A stretch of 64,000 nucleotides of DNA from Sulfuritalea sp. Its GTDB lineage: Bacteria > Pseudomonadota > Gammaproteobacteria > Burkholderiales > Rhodocyclaceae. Positions within the stretch are counted from its first letter, which is position 1, and each line of letters starts with the position of its first letter. Where the stretch lies: positions 114 to 64,113 of the forward strand of contig JBIJDJ010000001.1 of assembly GCA_044344175.1 (NCBI GenBank). Reading direction: 5' to 3'. Shown here piece after piece: positions 29,461 to 39,299 of this stretch. The translations under genes and the position numbers were made by a program. The notes beneath the pieces were generated by a model, which was given only the letters and a program-made list of their open reading frames with translations, was not told the DNA's origin and ran no database searches.

Positions 29461-30440
29461 CCGGAGGTTCCCAGCAGCGCCTCGACAAACTCGCCGGCGC
29501 GGAAGGCCTGCAGGTCGTCGATTCCCTCGCCGACACCGATAAAGCGCACCGGTTTCGGACACTGGCGCGCGATGGCAGCCAGCACGCCGCCCTTGGCGGT
29601 GCCGTCAAGCTTGGTGATCACCAGTCCGGTGACGCCGATCGCCTTGTCGAAGGCCTTGACCTGCTGCACGGCGTTCTGGCCAATGTTGGCGTCAAGCACC
29701 AGCAACACTTCATGCGGCGCCGAGGCGTCGACCTTCTGGATCACGCGGCGCACCTTGGCGATTTCTTCCATCAGGTGCAACTGCGTCGGCAGACGGCCCG
29801 CGGTATCGGCCAGTACGACATCGATCTTGCGCGCGCGGGCGGCATTGATGGCGTCGAATACCACCGCTGCCGGATCGCCGGATTCCTGGGCGATGACCAT
29901 GACGCCGTTGCGCTCGCCCCAGGCTGTCAGTTGTTCGCGTGCCGCGGCGCGGAAGGTGTCGCCGGCGGCCAGCAGCACAGTCTTGCCCTGGCTCTGGAAA
30001 TGCTTGGCCAGCTTGCCGATCGAGGTGGTTTTGCCGGCGCCGTTGACGCCGGCGATCATGATCACGAAAGGGTGCTGGCCGTGGGCTTCGAGAGCCTGCT
30101 CAAGCGGCGCGAGCAGGGTTTCCAGGTTCTTCGCCAGTGCAGAGCGCAATTGGGACGGGGTTTCCAGCTTGTCGCGCTTGACCGTGGCCTTCAGTTCCGC
30201 CAGCAGCCAGTGCGTCGCCTCGACGCCGCAGTCCGCCATCAGGAGTGTGGATTCAAGATCCTCGAGCAGTTCGTCGTCGATCTTCCCCCGGCTGAAAAGC
30301 TCCGTCAGCGGCGTGTTGAGGGTGTCGCGGGTGCGCGACAGGCCGGCCTTGAGGCGCTCGCCCCAGGAGGTGCGCGGTGGTGCCGGGGTCACGGCAACCT
30401 GTGCGGCGGTGTCGTCCTTTGTTTTCAGGAAACCAAACAT
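29457..30440 (-). CDS. ftsY: SRP receptor FtsY (short form)
   Basis: GVNGAGKTT, DTFRAAA, DTAGR and TKLDGTAKGG. Confidence 0.96.
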   Translation of the reverse strand: MFGFLKTKDDTAAQVAVTPAPPRTSWGERLKAGLSRTRDTLNTPLTELFSRGKIDDELLEDLESTLLMADCGVEATHWLLAELKATVKRDKLETPSQLRSALAKNLETLLAPLEQALEAHGQHPFVIMIAGVNGAGKTTSIGKLAKHFQSQGKTVLLAAGDTFRAAAREQLTAWGERNGVMVIAQESGDPAAVVFDAINAARARKIDVVLADTAGRLPTQLHLMEEIAKVRRVIQKVDASAPHEVLLVLDANIGQNAVQQVKAFDKAIGVTGLVITKLDGTAKGGVLAAIARQCPKPVRFIGVGEGIDDLQAFRAGEFVEALLGTSG

Positions 30441-30539
30441 GCGGAATGCGGTCGGAGGCTGGAGCCGCGCTAAGATGCGCGACCGAGGAATTCTAACAGA
30501 CGCACTTTCTCCCTAACCGAGCAAAAATCAAGACCCGCC

Positions 30540-31904
30540 ATGAAATCATTGCTTGCCCCTCTTGTTCTGCTGGCTTTCGCCGTATCGTCAGCGCCGACTT
30601 TTGCCAACCCGTTCGAGACGAAACTGGCCAACGGCCTGCGCGTCATCGTCAAGGAAGACCATCGTGCGCCGACCGTGGTGCATATGGTCTGGTACCGCGC
30701 CGGCAGCATGGATGAAAAGGACGGCACCTCGGGCGTGGCCCATGCCCTCGAGCACCTGATGTTCAAGGGCACGAAAAACCTCAAGTCGGGCGAATTCAAC
30801 CAGCGCGTGGCCGAGGCCGGCGGACGCGACAATGCCTTCACCAGCCACGACTACACCGCCTACTTCCAGATCGTGCCCAAGGCTGCGCTGCCGGAAATGA
30901 TGAAGCTCGAAGCCGACCGCATGGCCAACCTCACCCTGGACGCAAAGGAATTCGCCGCAGAAATCAAGGTGGTCATGGAAGAAAGGCGTCTGCGCACCGA
31001 CGACAATCCGACTTCGCTGGTGCATGAAGCGCTGAACTCGGCAATGTTCCAGGCGCATCCATACCGGCGCCCGGTCATCGGCTGGATGGATGATCTCGAG
31101 CACATGACCTGGCAGGATGCCCGCGACTGGTATCGTCAATGGTATGCACCCAACAATGCCTATGTCGTGGTGGTGGGCGACGTCGATCACCGCGAGGTGT
31201 TCCGCCTGGCGCAGAAATATTACGGTGCGAACAAGGTGCAGGCCTTGCCCGAACGCAAGCCGCAGAACGAACCGGAGCAGGCCGGCATTCGCCGCGTCAG
31301 CGTCAAGGCGCCGGCCAAGCTGCCCTACCTCGCCATGGCCTGGAAGGCGCCCAAGCTGCGCGACGTGAACAAGGACCGCGACCCGTATGCGCTGGATGTG
31401 CTGGCAGCAGTGCTCGATGGTCACGACGCATCGCGCTTAGCCAGGAACCTGGTGCGTGGCAGCCGCGTCGCCCAGTCGGCAGGTGCCGGCTATGACGGCA
31501 CGCTGCGCGGCGAAGCCAGCTTCACCCTCGACGGCCAGCCGGCGGAAGGCAAGTCCATCGCCGACCTGGAAGCGGCTTTGCGCGCCGAGATCAAGCGCAT
31601 CCAGGACGAAGGCGTCTCGGCCGAGGAACTGGCGCGGGTCAAGACCCAGTCCATCGCGGCACAGATTTACAAACGCGATTCGTTGATGGCGCAGGCCATG
31701 GAAATCGGCGGCGCCGAAGCGGCCGGAGTGTCTTGGCGCGATATCGACCTCCTGCTGGAAAAGCTGAAAAGCGTCACTGCGGAAGAAGTCCAGGCGGTGG
31801 CGAAGAAATATTTTTCGGACGATACCCTGAGCATTGCGGTGCTTGATCCGCAGCCCATTGAAAACAGCAAACCGAAGAAACCCTCCGGGGCAGCGAGGCA
31901 CTGA
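30540..31904 (+). CDS. M16 family zinc metallopeptidase (active subunit)
   Basis: signal peptide; HALEH (HxxEH), NAFT and EERR. Confidence 0.92.
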   Translation: MKSLLAPLVLLAFAVSSAPTFANPFETKLANGLRVIVKEDHRAPTVVHMVWYRAGSMDEKDGTSGVAHALEHLMFKGTKNLKSGEFNQRVAEAGGRDNAFTSHDYTAYFQIVPKAALPEMMKLEADRMANLTLDAKEFAAEIKVVMEERRLRTDDNPTSLVHEALNSAMFQAHPYRRPVIGWMDDLEHMTWQDARDWYRQWYAPNNAYVVVVGDVDHREVFRLAQKYYGANKVQALPERKPQNEPEQAGIRRVSVKAPAKLPYLAMAWKAPKLRDVNKDRDPYALDVLAAVLDGHDASRLARNLVRGSRVAQSAGAGYDGTLRGEASFTLDGQPAEGKSIADLEAALRAEIKRIQDEGVSAEELARVKTQSIAAQIYKRDSLMAQAMEIGGAEAAGVSWRDIDLLLEKLKSVTAEEVQAVAKKYFSDDTLSIAVLDPQPIENSKPKKPSGAARH

Positions 31905-33298
31905 TGAAGCAAAGCAAATTGAAGGCCCCCCACCCCCACCCCCATCCCCGCCCCCGGGCGGGGCTACTGGCCAGTTCGCTTCGCTCGATTATCGTGGGGC
32001 GCTCACGAGCTCGTTTCACGTTGATCTGTCTGCTGACGTCACTGGCATCGAGCCTGGCCCTGGCCGGCGTAAAGATCGAGCACTGGACGGCGCCCACCGG
32101 GGCCCAGGTGTATTTCATCGAGACCCGGATGCTGCCCATCCTCGACGTGCAGATCGATTTTGCCGGCGGCGGCGCCTTCGTTCCGGCCGGAAAGTCGGGT
32201 CTTGCCGGCCTGACCCGCAGCCTGCTGGAAGCGGGCGCCGGCGACATGGATGAGGAAAAGATTGCCGGACGCGTAGTCGACCTTGGCGCACGCCTGGGCG
32301 GCGGTGCCGACAGCGACCGCGCCAGCATCAGCCTGCGCACGCTTTCCTCAAAAACTGAACGCGAAGGCGCGCTGGACCTGATGCGCACCGTGTTGTCAGC
32401 GCCGACTTTTCCGCAAGCGGTGCTGGAGCGCGAAAAGGACCGCACCATTGCCAGCATCCGCGAGGCCGAAACGCGGCCCGATGCGATCGCCGGCAAGCGC
32501 TTCGCGGCCGCCATCTATCCCGGCCATCCGTATGGCGTCAGCCCGACCGTGAACAGCGTCGGCGCCATCACGCGCGACGATCTCGTCGCTTTTCACAGCA
32601 GGCACTATGGCGCGAAAGGTGCCGTGGTCTCGATCATCGGCGATGTTTCCCGCGCCGAGGCGGAGGCGATCGCCCGGCGCCTGACCGAAGCACTGCCGCC
32701 CGGCGGCGCAGAAATGGTGCCGCCACCGGTCAGGAAGCCGCAGCGCGAGACGATCAAGATTGCCCATCCGGCCGCGCAAAGCCACGTGCATGTCGGCCTG
32801 CCGGCGATCAGCCGTAGCGACCCCGACTATTTCCCGCTGCTGGTGGGCAACTACACGCTTGGCGGCGGCGGCTTCGTTTCGCGCCTGATGAAGGAGGTCC
32901 GCGAAAAGCGCGGCTATGCCTACAGCGTGTATTCCTACTTCGCTCCGCGCAAGCTCGAAGGCCCCTTCGAAATCGGGCTGCAGACCAAACGCGAGCAGGT
33001 TGATGATGCGCTCAAGGTGGTCGACCAGGTGTTGACCGAATACATCGCAAAAGGCCCGACGCCGCAGGAACTTGCGGCAGCGAAGAAGAACATGGTCGAT
33101 GGCCTGGCGCTGCGCATGGACAGCAATGCCAAGTTGCTCGGCTATCTTTCGGCGATCGGCTTCTACGGCCTGCCGCTGACCTACCTCGACGATTTTCCGG
33201 GCAAGGTCAAAGCCGTCACCGCCGCGCAGGTCAAGGCCGCCTTTGCCCGTCACGTGAAGGCGGAAAATTTGGTCACTGTGGTGGTTGCGGCGGACTGA
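31904..33298 (+). CDS. M16 family peptidase-like protein (non-catalytic partner)
   Basis: no HxxEH; SRLMKEVREKRGYAYSV; repeat-like N-terminal extension. Confidence 0.9.
   Translation: MKQSKLKAPHPHPHPRPRAGLLASSLRSIIVGRSRARFTLICLLTSLASSLALAGVKIEHWTAPTGAQVYFIETRMLPILDVQIDFAGGGAFVPAGKSGLAGLTRSLLEAGAGDMDEEKIAGRVVDLGARLGGGADSDRASISLRTLSSKTEREGALDLMRTVLSAPTFPQAVLEREKDRTIASIREAETRPDAIAGKRFAAAIYPGHPYGVSPTVNSVGAITRDDLVAFHSRHYGAKGAVVSIIGDVSRAEAEAIARRLTEALPPGGAEMVPPPVRKPQRETIKIAHPAAQSHVHVGLPAISRSDPDYFPLLVGNYTLGGGGFVSRLMKEVREKRGYAYSVYSYFAPRKLEGPFEIGLQTKREQVDDALKVVDQVLTEYIAKGPTPQELAAAKKNMVDGLALRMDSNAKLLGYLSAIGFYGLPLTYLDDFPGKVKAVTAAQVKAAFARHVKAENLVTVVVAAD
31922..32010 (-). repeat. divergent family-1-like repeat, copy E, inside the 5' end of the second M16 gene
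   Basis: reverse strand GAGCGAAGCGAAC, CCCCGCCC/GGGCGGGG hairpin and G-rich tail. Confidence 0.45.
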
Positions 33299-33319
33299 CG
33301 CCGGGTCGGGGCCGTGAGC

Positions 33320-33501
33320 GCTGCCCGCAGGGCCGCCCCAAGGGCGGCGCCGCCAGGTTACGGAGCTGCGCAGCAGCGAATCGCCGTCACCCCCTGCCTT
33401 GGGGCGAAGGCAGGGTTTCGCGGAGCACTGCTCGGCGCTGCCCTAGCCGGCCGGCTATGCAGAGCCGGCAGTGGGGTCGGGGTTGGGGGGAGGGTAGTCC
33501 G
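33320..33501 (+). repeat. family-1 structured repeat, copy B, with nested hairpin
   Basis: CCGCAGGGCCGCCCCAAGGG shared with copy A; CGGAGCTGCGCAGC and GTCACCCCC shared with copy C; GAGGGTAGT tail. Confidence 0.78.
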
Positions 33502-34035
33502 GTGAGCCGCATCCGCATCACCGGCGGCGAATGGTGCAGCCGCCTGGTCCATGTACCCGATGCGCCCGGATTGCGACCGACCCCGGACCGGGTGCGCGAG
33601 ACCCTGTTCAACTGGCTGGGGCAGGAACTCGACGGGCTTGCCTGCCTTGATCTCTTCGCCGGCAGTGGAATTCTCGGTTTCGAAGCGGCCTCGCGTGGCG
33701 CGGACTACGTTGCTTTGGTGGAGCGTTCGCAGCCGGCATTCGCGGCGCTGAAAACGCATGCCGATGGCTTCGCCTGTCCGCGACTGGAACTGTTTTGCTG
33801 CGATGCGCTAAAATTCGACCCCCCATCCGGTCGGCGCTTCGATGTGCTGTTTCTTGATCCACCCTATGGGCAAGGCTGGCTGGGCCGGGTAGAGTCCCGC
33901 CTGGAGCAACTGGCCGCGCCGGGCGCGAGGCTGTACGCGGAGGCCGAGATGCCGCTGGAAAAATTGGGTCGCTGGACGGTGACGAAGCAGGGACGGGCTG
34001 GCCAGGTTTTCTTTCACCTGCTGGAGCAGGCATGA
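33502..34035 (+). CDS. rsmD: 16S rRNA m2G966 methyltransferase
   Basis: LRPTPDRVRETLFNWL, DLFAGSG and FLDPPY. Confidence 0.94.
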   Translation: MSRIRITGGEWCSRLVHVPDAPGLRPTPDRVRETLFNWLGQELDGLACLDLFAGSGILGFEAASRGADYVALVERSQPAFAALKTHADGFACPRLELFCCDALKFDPPSGRRFDVLFLDPPYGQGWLGRVESRLEQLAAPGARLYAEAEMPLEKLGRWTVTKQGRAGQVFFHLLEQA

Positions 34036-34037
34036 GC

Positions 34038-34141
34038 CCCGCACGGCCGCCCGAAGGGGCTCCAGCCAATGCACGGAGCTGCGCAGCGGCGAACCGTTGT
34101 CACCCCCTCCCGTGGGGAGGGGGCTGGGAGGAGGGTAGTTA
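34038..34141 (+). repeat. family-1 structured repeat, copy C (rsmD-coaD junction)
   Basis: GGCCGCCCGAAG, CGGAGCTGCGCAGC, CCCCCTCCC-GTG-GGGAGGGGG hairpin and GAGGGTAGT tail. Confidence 0.8.
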
Positions 34142-34633
34142 GTGAGCAAGAGCATTGCGGTTTATCCGGGGACCTTCGATCCCCTGACCAGCGGTCACGA
34201 GGATCTCGTGCGGCGCGCTTCGACCCTGTTCGAGCGGGTCATCATCGGCATCGCCGAGAGTCGCACCAAACAACCCCTGTTTTCGCTGGCAGAGCGGGTC
34301 GTCATCGCCCGCGAGGTGCTGACAGGTTATGCCAATGTCGAAATTCATGGCTTCGATTGCCTGCTCATGGATTTCATGCGCCAGCACGGCGCCAGCGTCA
34401 TCATGCGCGGCCTGCGCGCCGCATCGGATTTCGAATATGAATTCCAGATGGCGGGCATGAACCGCAATCTTTACCCCGATGTCGAAACCGTATTCCTCAC
34501 GCCGTCGGATCAGTACATGTTCGTCTCGGCAACGATAGTGCGGGAAATCGCATCGCTCGGCGGCGATGTCTCCAAGTTTGTTCCGCCGCTGGTCCAGAAA
34601 CGACTGGCCGATAAGATTCAGCACCGCAACTGA
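34142..34633 (+). CDS. coaD: pantetheine-phosphate adenylyltransferase
   Basis: [12 protein letters not shown] and [12 protein letters not shown]. Confidence 0.96.
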   Translation: MSKSIAVYPGTFDPLTSGHEDLVRRASTLFERVIIGIAESRTKQPLFSLAERVVIAREVLTGYANVEIHGFDCLLMDFMRQHGASVIMRGLRAASDFEYEFQMAGMNRNLYPDVETVFLTPSDQYMFVSATIVREIASLGGDVSKFVPPLVQKRLADKIQHRN

Positions 34634-34641
34634 CCGTTTAG

Positions 34642-34911
<270 letters not shown>

Positions 34912-34915
34912 CGGC

Positions 34916-35740
34916 CTAGCGCTGGCAGCCGGCGCAGAAGAAAGTGGCGCGCTGGCCCTGGCGCAGCTCCCTGATCGGGCGGCCGCAGGTGTGGCAGGGT
35001 TCGCCGCTGCGCCCATAGACAAAATACTGCTGCTGAAAATAGCCCGAGCTGCCGTCGGAATGAATGAAATCGCGCAGACTGCTGCCGCCGGCGTCGATGG
35101 CGGCTGCCAGCGTGGCCTTGATCACCGGCACCAGGCGTTCCAGGCGTTTGAGGGAAATCCTGCCGGCGGGGGTGCGCGGATCGATGCCGGCACGGAACAG
35201 ACTTTCGGACGCATAGATATTGCCGATGCCGACGACGCGGTGGCTGTCCATCAGGGTCGGCTTGATTGCCGCCGAGAGCCCGGCCAACTCCTGCTTGAGC
35301 CACCCGGCGCTGAATTCATCCGTCAGCGGCTCGATACCGAGCACTGCCAGCAGCGGATGAATCGGCGCATCGCGCCCGAGCCAGAGAATCGCGCCGAAAC
35401 GCCGCGGGTCGCGCAGGCGCAAGGCCACTTTTCTGCGCCCGATGCCGAATACCAGGTCGAAATGATCATGTTTTTCGGCGGGCAGGCTGGCCGGCACCAG
35501 CCGCAAGCTGCCGGACATGCCGAGGTGCATCAGCAACTGACCGCAACCGAAGTCCAGCAACAGGTATTTGCCACGACGGCTCACAGCCACCAAGCGTTGT
35601 CCGCCGAGTTTTTGCGCCAGGTCTTGCGGCAAGGGGTAGCGCAGTGCCGGCGTCCGGGCAATCACGGCGCAGACCCTGTTACCGGTCAGGGTGGGTGCAA
35701 TTCCACGGCGCGTGACCTCGACCTCGGGCAGTTCAGGCAT
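34916..35740 (-). CDS. mutM: formamidopyrimidine-DNA glycosylase
   Basis: MPELPEVE, GIGNIYASE and C-terminal zinc finger. Confidence 0.96.
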   Translation of the reverse strand: MPELPEVEVTRRGIAPTLTGNRVCAVIARTPALRYPLPQDLAQKLGGQRLVAVSRRGKYLLLDFGCGQLLMHLGMSGSLRLVPASLPAEKHDHFDLVFGIGRRKVALRLRDPRRFGAILWLGRDAPIHPLLAVLGIEPLTDEFSAGWLKQELAGLSAAIKPTLMDSHRVVGIGNIYASESLFRAGIDPRTPAGRISLKRLERLVPVIKATLAAAIDAGGSSLRDFIHSDGSSGYFQQQYFVYGRSGEPCHTCGRPIRELRQGQRATFFCAGCQR

Positions 35741-35818
35741 GCATGGGCTCGCACGAAACAGCTGACGAAACTGCTAACATCGCTGCATTGTATTTGGTTT
35801 CGCTCGGGTGCCGCGCCA

Positions 35819-37555
35819 ATGAATCTCCGTTCCTCAGTCCTTGCGCTCTTGCTCACGCTGGCGGGTGCATGCGCGTGGGCGCAGACGCCTGCGCCGGGCG
35901 CTGCTGCGGCTGAACCGGCCACTGCACCTGCCGCCCCGTTGCCGACGCCGGCGAAAGAAGACGACAAGCTGCCCAGGCAGGACCTGACGGCGCAGATCCT
36001 CTACCAGTTCCTGCTCGCGGAGATCGCCGCTCAGCGCGGCCAGTTCGGCCTTTCGGCCAGCGCGTATCTCGACCTGGCAATCAGCACGCGCGATTTGCGA
36101 ATTGCGCGCCGCGCGGCGGAGGTTGCCTTTCACGCGCGACAGTACGATGTCGCTCTGGAGGCAGTCCGGCTCTGGCTGAGCCTGGAGCCTGAATCCCAGC
36201 CGGCGAAGCAGATGCAATCGACGCTGCTCCTCGCCAGCGGTCGCATCGATGAACTGGCCGCCAGCCTGGCCCGTGATCTGGCGCTGGAAGCGCCAAACGT
36301 CGGCGAAGCGCTGATGCGGATATCGCGTGCTTTCACCCGCTATCCGGACAAACAGGCGATACATCGCCTGTTCGACCAACTGACCCAGCCGTATCTCGGA
36401 CTTGCCGAGGCGCGCTTGGTACGGGCCCAGGCGGAACTTGGCAAAGGAGACGCCGCCCGCGCCCGCAGCGAGATAGACCAGGCGCTGGTTTTGCGTCCGA
36501 ATTGGGACGTGGCGGCCTTGTTCAAGGCGGAACTGTTGCCCAAGGGATCTGCTCAACTTGATTTTCTGAAACCCTGGCTGGAGGCCACTCCCGAAGCACA
36601 GGAGGTGCGCCTGGCTTATGCCCGGGGACTGGTGAGCGAAAAGCGCTACGAGGAATCGCGCGTCGAGTTTCGTCGTCTGCTGGCGGCCAATCCCAACAAT
36701 CCGGACATGCTCTACGCCGTCGGGATACTTTCGCTGCAAGTCAACGATGCCGGCGAAGCCGAGCAGCAACTCAAGCGCTTTGTCGTGCTCGGACGCGGTG
36801 ACGTGAATCCGGCGCGTTTCTACCTGGGGCAGATCGCCGAGCAGGCCGGGCGCCTGGATGAAGCCGTGGGCTGGTATGACCAGGTTGCCGCCGGCGAACA
36901 TGCAATCCAGGCGAGAGTGCGGGCCGCTCTGGTCCTGGTGCGCCAGAACAAGCTTGACGAGGCGCGCGAGAGGCTGGCGACTGCGCGTGCCGGTGACCCT
37001 GACGACCTGCGTCTGGTGGTGGCCGAGGCCCAGTTGCTGCGCGATGCCGGGCGGCATGCCGATGCCTATGCTTTCCTCACCAGGATGCTGGAAGTGCGGC
37101 CGGATGACCCCGAGCTGCTTTACGAGACGGCGCTGGCGGCGGAGAAGCTCGGCTATCTGGATGTCATGGAGCGCCATCTGCAGCGCGTGATTGCCCTCAA
37201 GCCGGATTCGGCACAGGGCTACAACGCGCTCGGTTACTCCTTTGCCGATCGCAACATGCGCCTTGACGAGGCGGCACGACTCATCGACAAGGCCGTGTCC
37301 CTGGCGCCGGATGACGCCGCAATTCTTGACAGCAAGGGCTGGCTGCTGTTCCGCCAGGGCAAACTGGCGGCGGCGGTGGAGTCGCTGCGGACGGCGTTTG
37401 CAAAGATGCCGGATGGCGAAATCGCCGCCCATCTCGGCGAGGCCCTGTGGGCTCTCGACCGGCGCGACGAGGCATTGGCGGTTTGGCGCGAAGCTGCCAA
37501 GGCGCATCCGACCAATGATGTGCTGAAGGCGACGATCAAGCGATTTGTCCCTTGA
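35819..37555 (+). CDS. exported tetratricopeptide repeat protein
   Basis: signal peptide at MNLRSS; NALGYSFADR and EIAAHLGE TPR motifs; usual position before lolB. Confidence 0.88.
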   Translation: MNLRSSVLALLLTLAGACAWAQTPAPGAAAAEPATAPAAPLPTPAKEDDKLPRQDLTAQILYQFLLAEIAAQRGQFGLSASAYLDLAISTRDLRIARRAAEVAFHARQYDVALEAVRLWLSLEPESQPAKQMQSTLLLASGRIDELAASLARDLALEAPNVGEALMRISRAFTRYPDKQAIHRLFDQLTQPYLGLAEARLVRAQAELGKGDAARARSEIDQALVLRPNWDVAALFKAELLPKGSAQLDFLKPWLEATPEAQEVRLAYARGLVSEKRYEESRVEFRRLLAANPNNPDMLYAVGILSLQVNDAGEAEQQLKRFVVLGRGDVNPARFYLGQIAEQAGRLDEAVGWYDQVAAGEHAIQARVRAALVLVRQNKLDEARERLATARAGDPDDLRLVVAEAQLLRDAGRHADAYAFLTRMLEVRPDDPELLYETALAAEKLGYLDVMERHLQRVIALKPDSAQGYNALGYSFADRNMRLDEAARLIDKAVSLAPDDAAILDSKGWLLFRQGKLAAAVESLRTAFAKMPDGEIAAHLGEALWALDRRDEALAVWREAAKAHPTNDVLKATIKRFVP

Positions 37556-38079
37556 GAGTCGGGTTGGTTTTCCTTGTCGTGTTATTGCTGGCAGCCTGCG
37601 CCGAACTCCCGCAGCAATCCGCAGCCTCGCTGGTTCTCGGTCCGCCCTTGCAGCGCTTTACTGCCGAGGGGCGCATTTCGCTGCGCCAGGGCGATCGCCG
37701 TGATCATTTGCGTTTTAGCTGGGAACACGCTCCGGGCAGCGATGTCGTGTTGCTCATGTCGCCGCTGGGGCAGGGTCTGGCCGAGCTGACGCGCGATGCG
37801 TCCGGCGTGCGACTGGTGCAACCGAATCAGGCAACCATCCGCGCCGATACCCTGCCGCAACTGGCGCAGCGCGCATTCGGCGCGCCGGTGCCGCTGGACA
37901 CCATGGCCGAATGGCTGCGCGGCGCACAGCCCGCCCTGAGCGGCGAGATCGACGGCTGGCGCGTGGTGATCAGCGATACCTCGGCGTTCCGCCAGCGCCG
38001 ACTTTTGCGGGTCATGGAAGCCCGCCGCGATGATGTCGAATTCAAGCTCATCGTTGATGACTGGAATGCGCCGGAATGA
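37552..38079 (+). CDS. lolB: outer-membrane lipoprotein insertase LolB
   Basis: lipobox LAAC, SPLGQ and WLRG; precedes ispE. Confidence 0.85.
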   Translation: MRVGLVFLVVLLLAACAELPQQSAASLVLGPPLQRFTAEGRISLRQGDRRDHLRFSWEHAPGSDVVLLMSPLGQGLAELTRDASGVRLVQPNQATIRADTLPQLAQRAFGAPVPLDTMAEWLRGAQPALSGEIDGWRVVISDTSAFRQRRLLRVMEARRDDVEFKLIVDDWNAPE

Positions 38080-38084
38080 ACCTA

Positions 38085-38238
38085 AAAAACCCGGTTGAAC
38101 CACAGAGGCACAGAGATCACAGAGGAAACAAGTGGTCGCCGCGTTTCTGGCACCCAGCTGTTGGGCGATCGTTACTGGATCGACAACCCATGATTCCCCG
38201 CCTTTCTCTGTGCCTCTGTGCCTCTGTGGTGAGGAATT
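38085..38238. mobile_element. family-2 (CACAGAG)3/(CTCTGTG)3 inverted-repeat element, copy 1
   Basis: ends nearly identical to the copy at 57.5 kb; unrelated 75-nt core. Confidence 0.8.
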
Positions 38239-38242
38239 CAGG

Positions 38243-39079
38243 TTGAACGATTGGGACCGCAACTGGCCGGCGCCGGCCAAGATCAACCTGTTTCTGCATG
38301 TCGTCGGACGCCGGGCCGACGGCTATCATCTGCTGCAAACCCTGTTCCGTTTCCTCGATTTCGCCGACACGATCCGCTGCGAGCCACGCAGCGACGGCCG
38401 CATCCTGCTGGCAAACCCGCTGCCCGGCGTGCCGCCCGCGGCGGATCTCACCGTCCGCGCGGCCGAGGCGCTGCGTGCGGTGACTGGCGCCACAGCGGGA
38501 GTGACCCTGCGTGTCGAAAAGCGCCTGCCCATGGGCGGCGGTCTGGGTGGCGGCAGTTCGGATGCGGCGACAACGCTGATGGCGCTGAATCGCCTGTGGC
38601 ACACCGGTCTCGATTCACTTCAGTTGCAGCGGACAGGGCTTGCCCTGGGCGCTGACGTACCTGTCTTCATCCATGGCCGTACAGCCTTCGCAGAAGGAGT
38701 GGGTGAGCACTTCACTGACGTCACCTTGCCTGCGGCCTGGTATCTGGTGCTGGTGCCCGATGTTGCCGTGCCGACAGTTGAAATCTTTCGTTCCACGGAG
38801 TTGCGCCGCGACACGCCGGCCATCGCAGCGGCCGATTGGCGTCCGGGTTCCGGGCACAATGACCTCGAGCCCGTGGCCTGTGCACTCTATCCCGAGGTGG
38901 CCCGCCATCTGGAATGGTTGCGGCAACATGGTGACGCGCGCCTGAGCGGTTCCGGCGCCTGCTGTTTTGTCGGGTTTGCCCGCGAGGCAGCGGCGAGAAC
39001 GGCATTGGCCGCATTACCAGCCGACATGCGGGGCTTTGTTGCCGCCGGATTGGACCGGCATCCGCTCGTCCTGATTTGA
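38243..39079 (+). CDS. ispE: 4-diphosphocytidyl-2-C-methyl-D-erythritol kinase
   Basis: PAPAKINLFL, PMGGGLGGGSSDAA and LSGSGA; TTG start after GAGGA. Confidence 0.94.
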   Translation: MNDWDRNWPAPAKINLFLHVVGRRADGYHLLQTLFRFLDFADTIRCEPRSDGRILLANPLPGVPPAADLTVRAAEALRAVTGATAGVTLRVEKRLPMGGGLGGGSSDAATTLMALNRLWHTGLDSLQLQRTGLALGADVPVFIHGRTAFAEGVGEHFTDVTLPAAWYLVLVPDVAVPTVEIFRSTELRRDTPAIAAADWRPGSGHNDLEPVACALYPEVARHLEWLRQHGDARLSGSGACCFVGFAREAAARTALAALPADMRGFVAAGLDRHPLVLI

Positions 39080-39147
39080 CAGCAGGCCCGAAAACCCCGA
39101 AAATGCGCGTCCTTTCGACCTCCGCTCTCAAGGCGGAGACACGATGT

Positions 39148-39224
39148 TGGGGAGTCGCCAAGTTGGTTAAGGCACTGGATTTTGATTCCAGCATGCGAAG
39201 GTTCGAATCCTTCCTCCCCAGCCA
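39148..39224 (+). tRNA. tRNA-Gln (anticodon TTG)
   Basis: acceptor stem TGGGGAG/CTCCCCA, anticodon arm CTGGA-TTTTGAT-TCCAG, GTTCGAATC and CCA end; usual ispE-prs location. Confidence 0.96.
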
Positions 39225-39299
39225 ACCCATTCACAGAAACGCTGCGGGCGCTTGCAGTTTTGACGGACGCACCAGCCCGCTTTACTTGAGCTGACCGAC

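Noticed and set aside
34991-35818. N-terminal 276 codons of the 854-aa ORF
   Set aside because: Antisense to mutM; the real TPR protein starts at the signal peptide at 35819
38085-38238. CACAGAG repeats as a CRISPR array
   Set aside because: Heptamers form inverted arms, not 23-47 nt direct repeats with spacers; no cas genes
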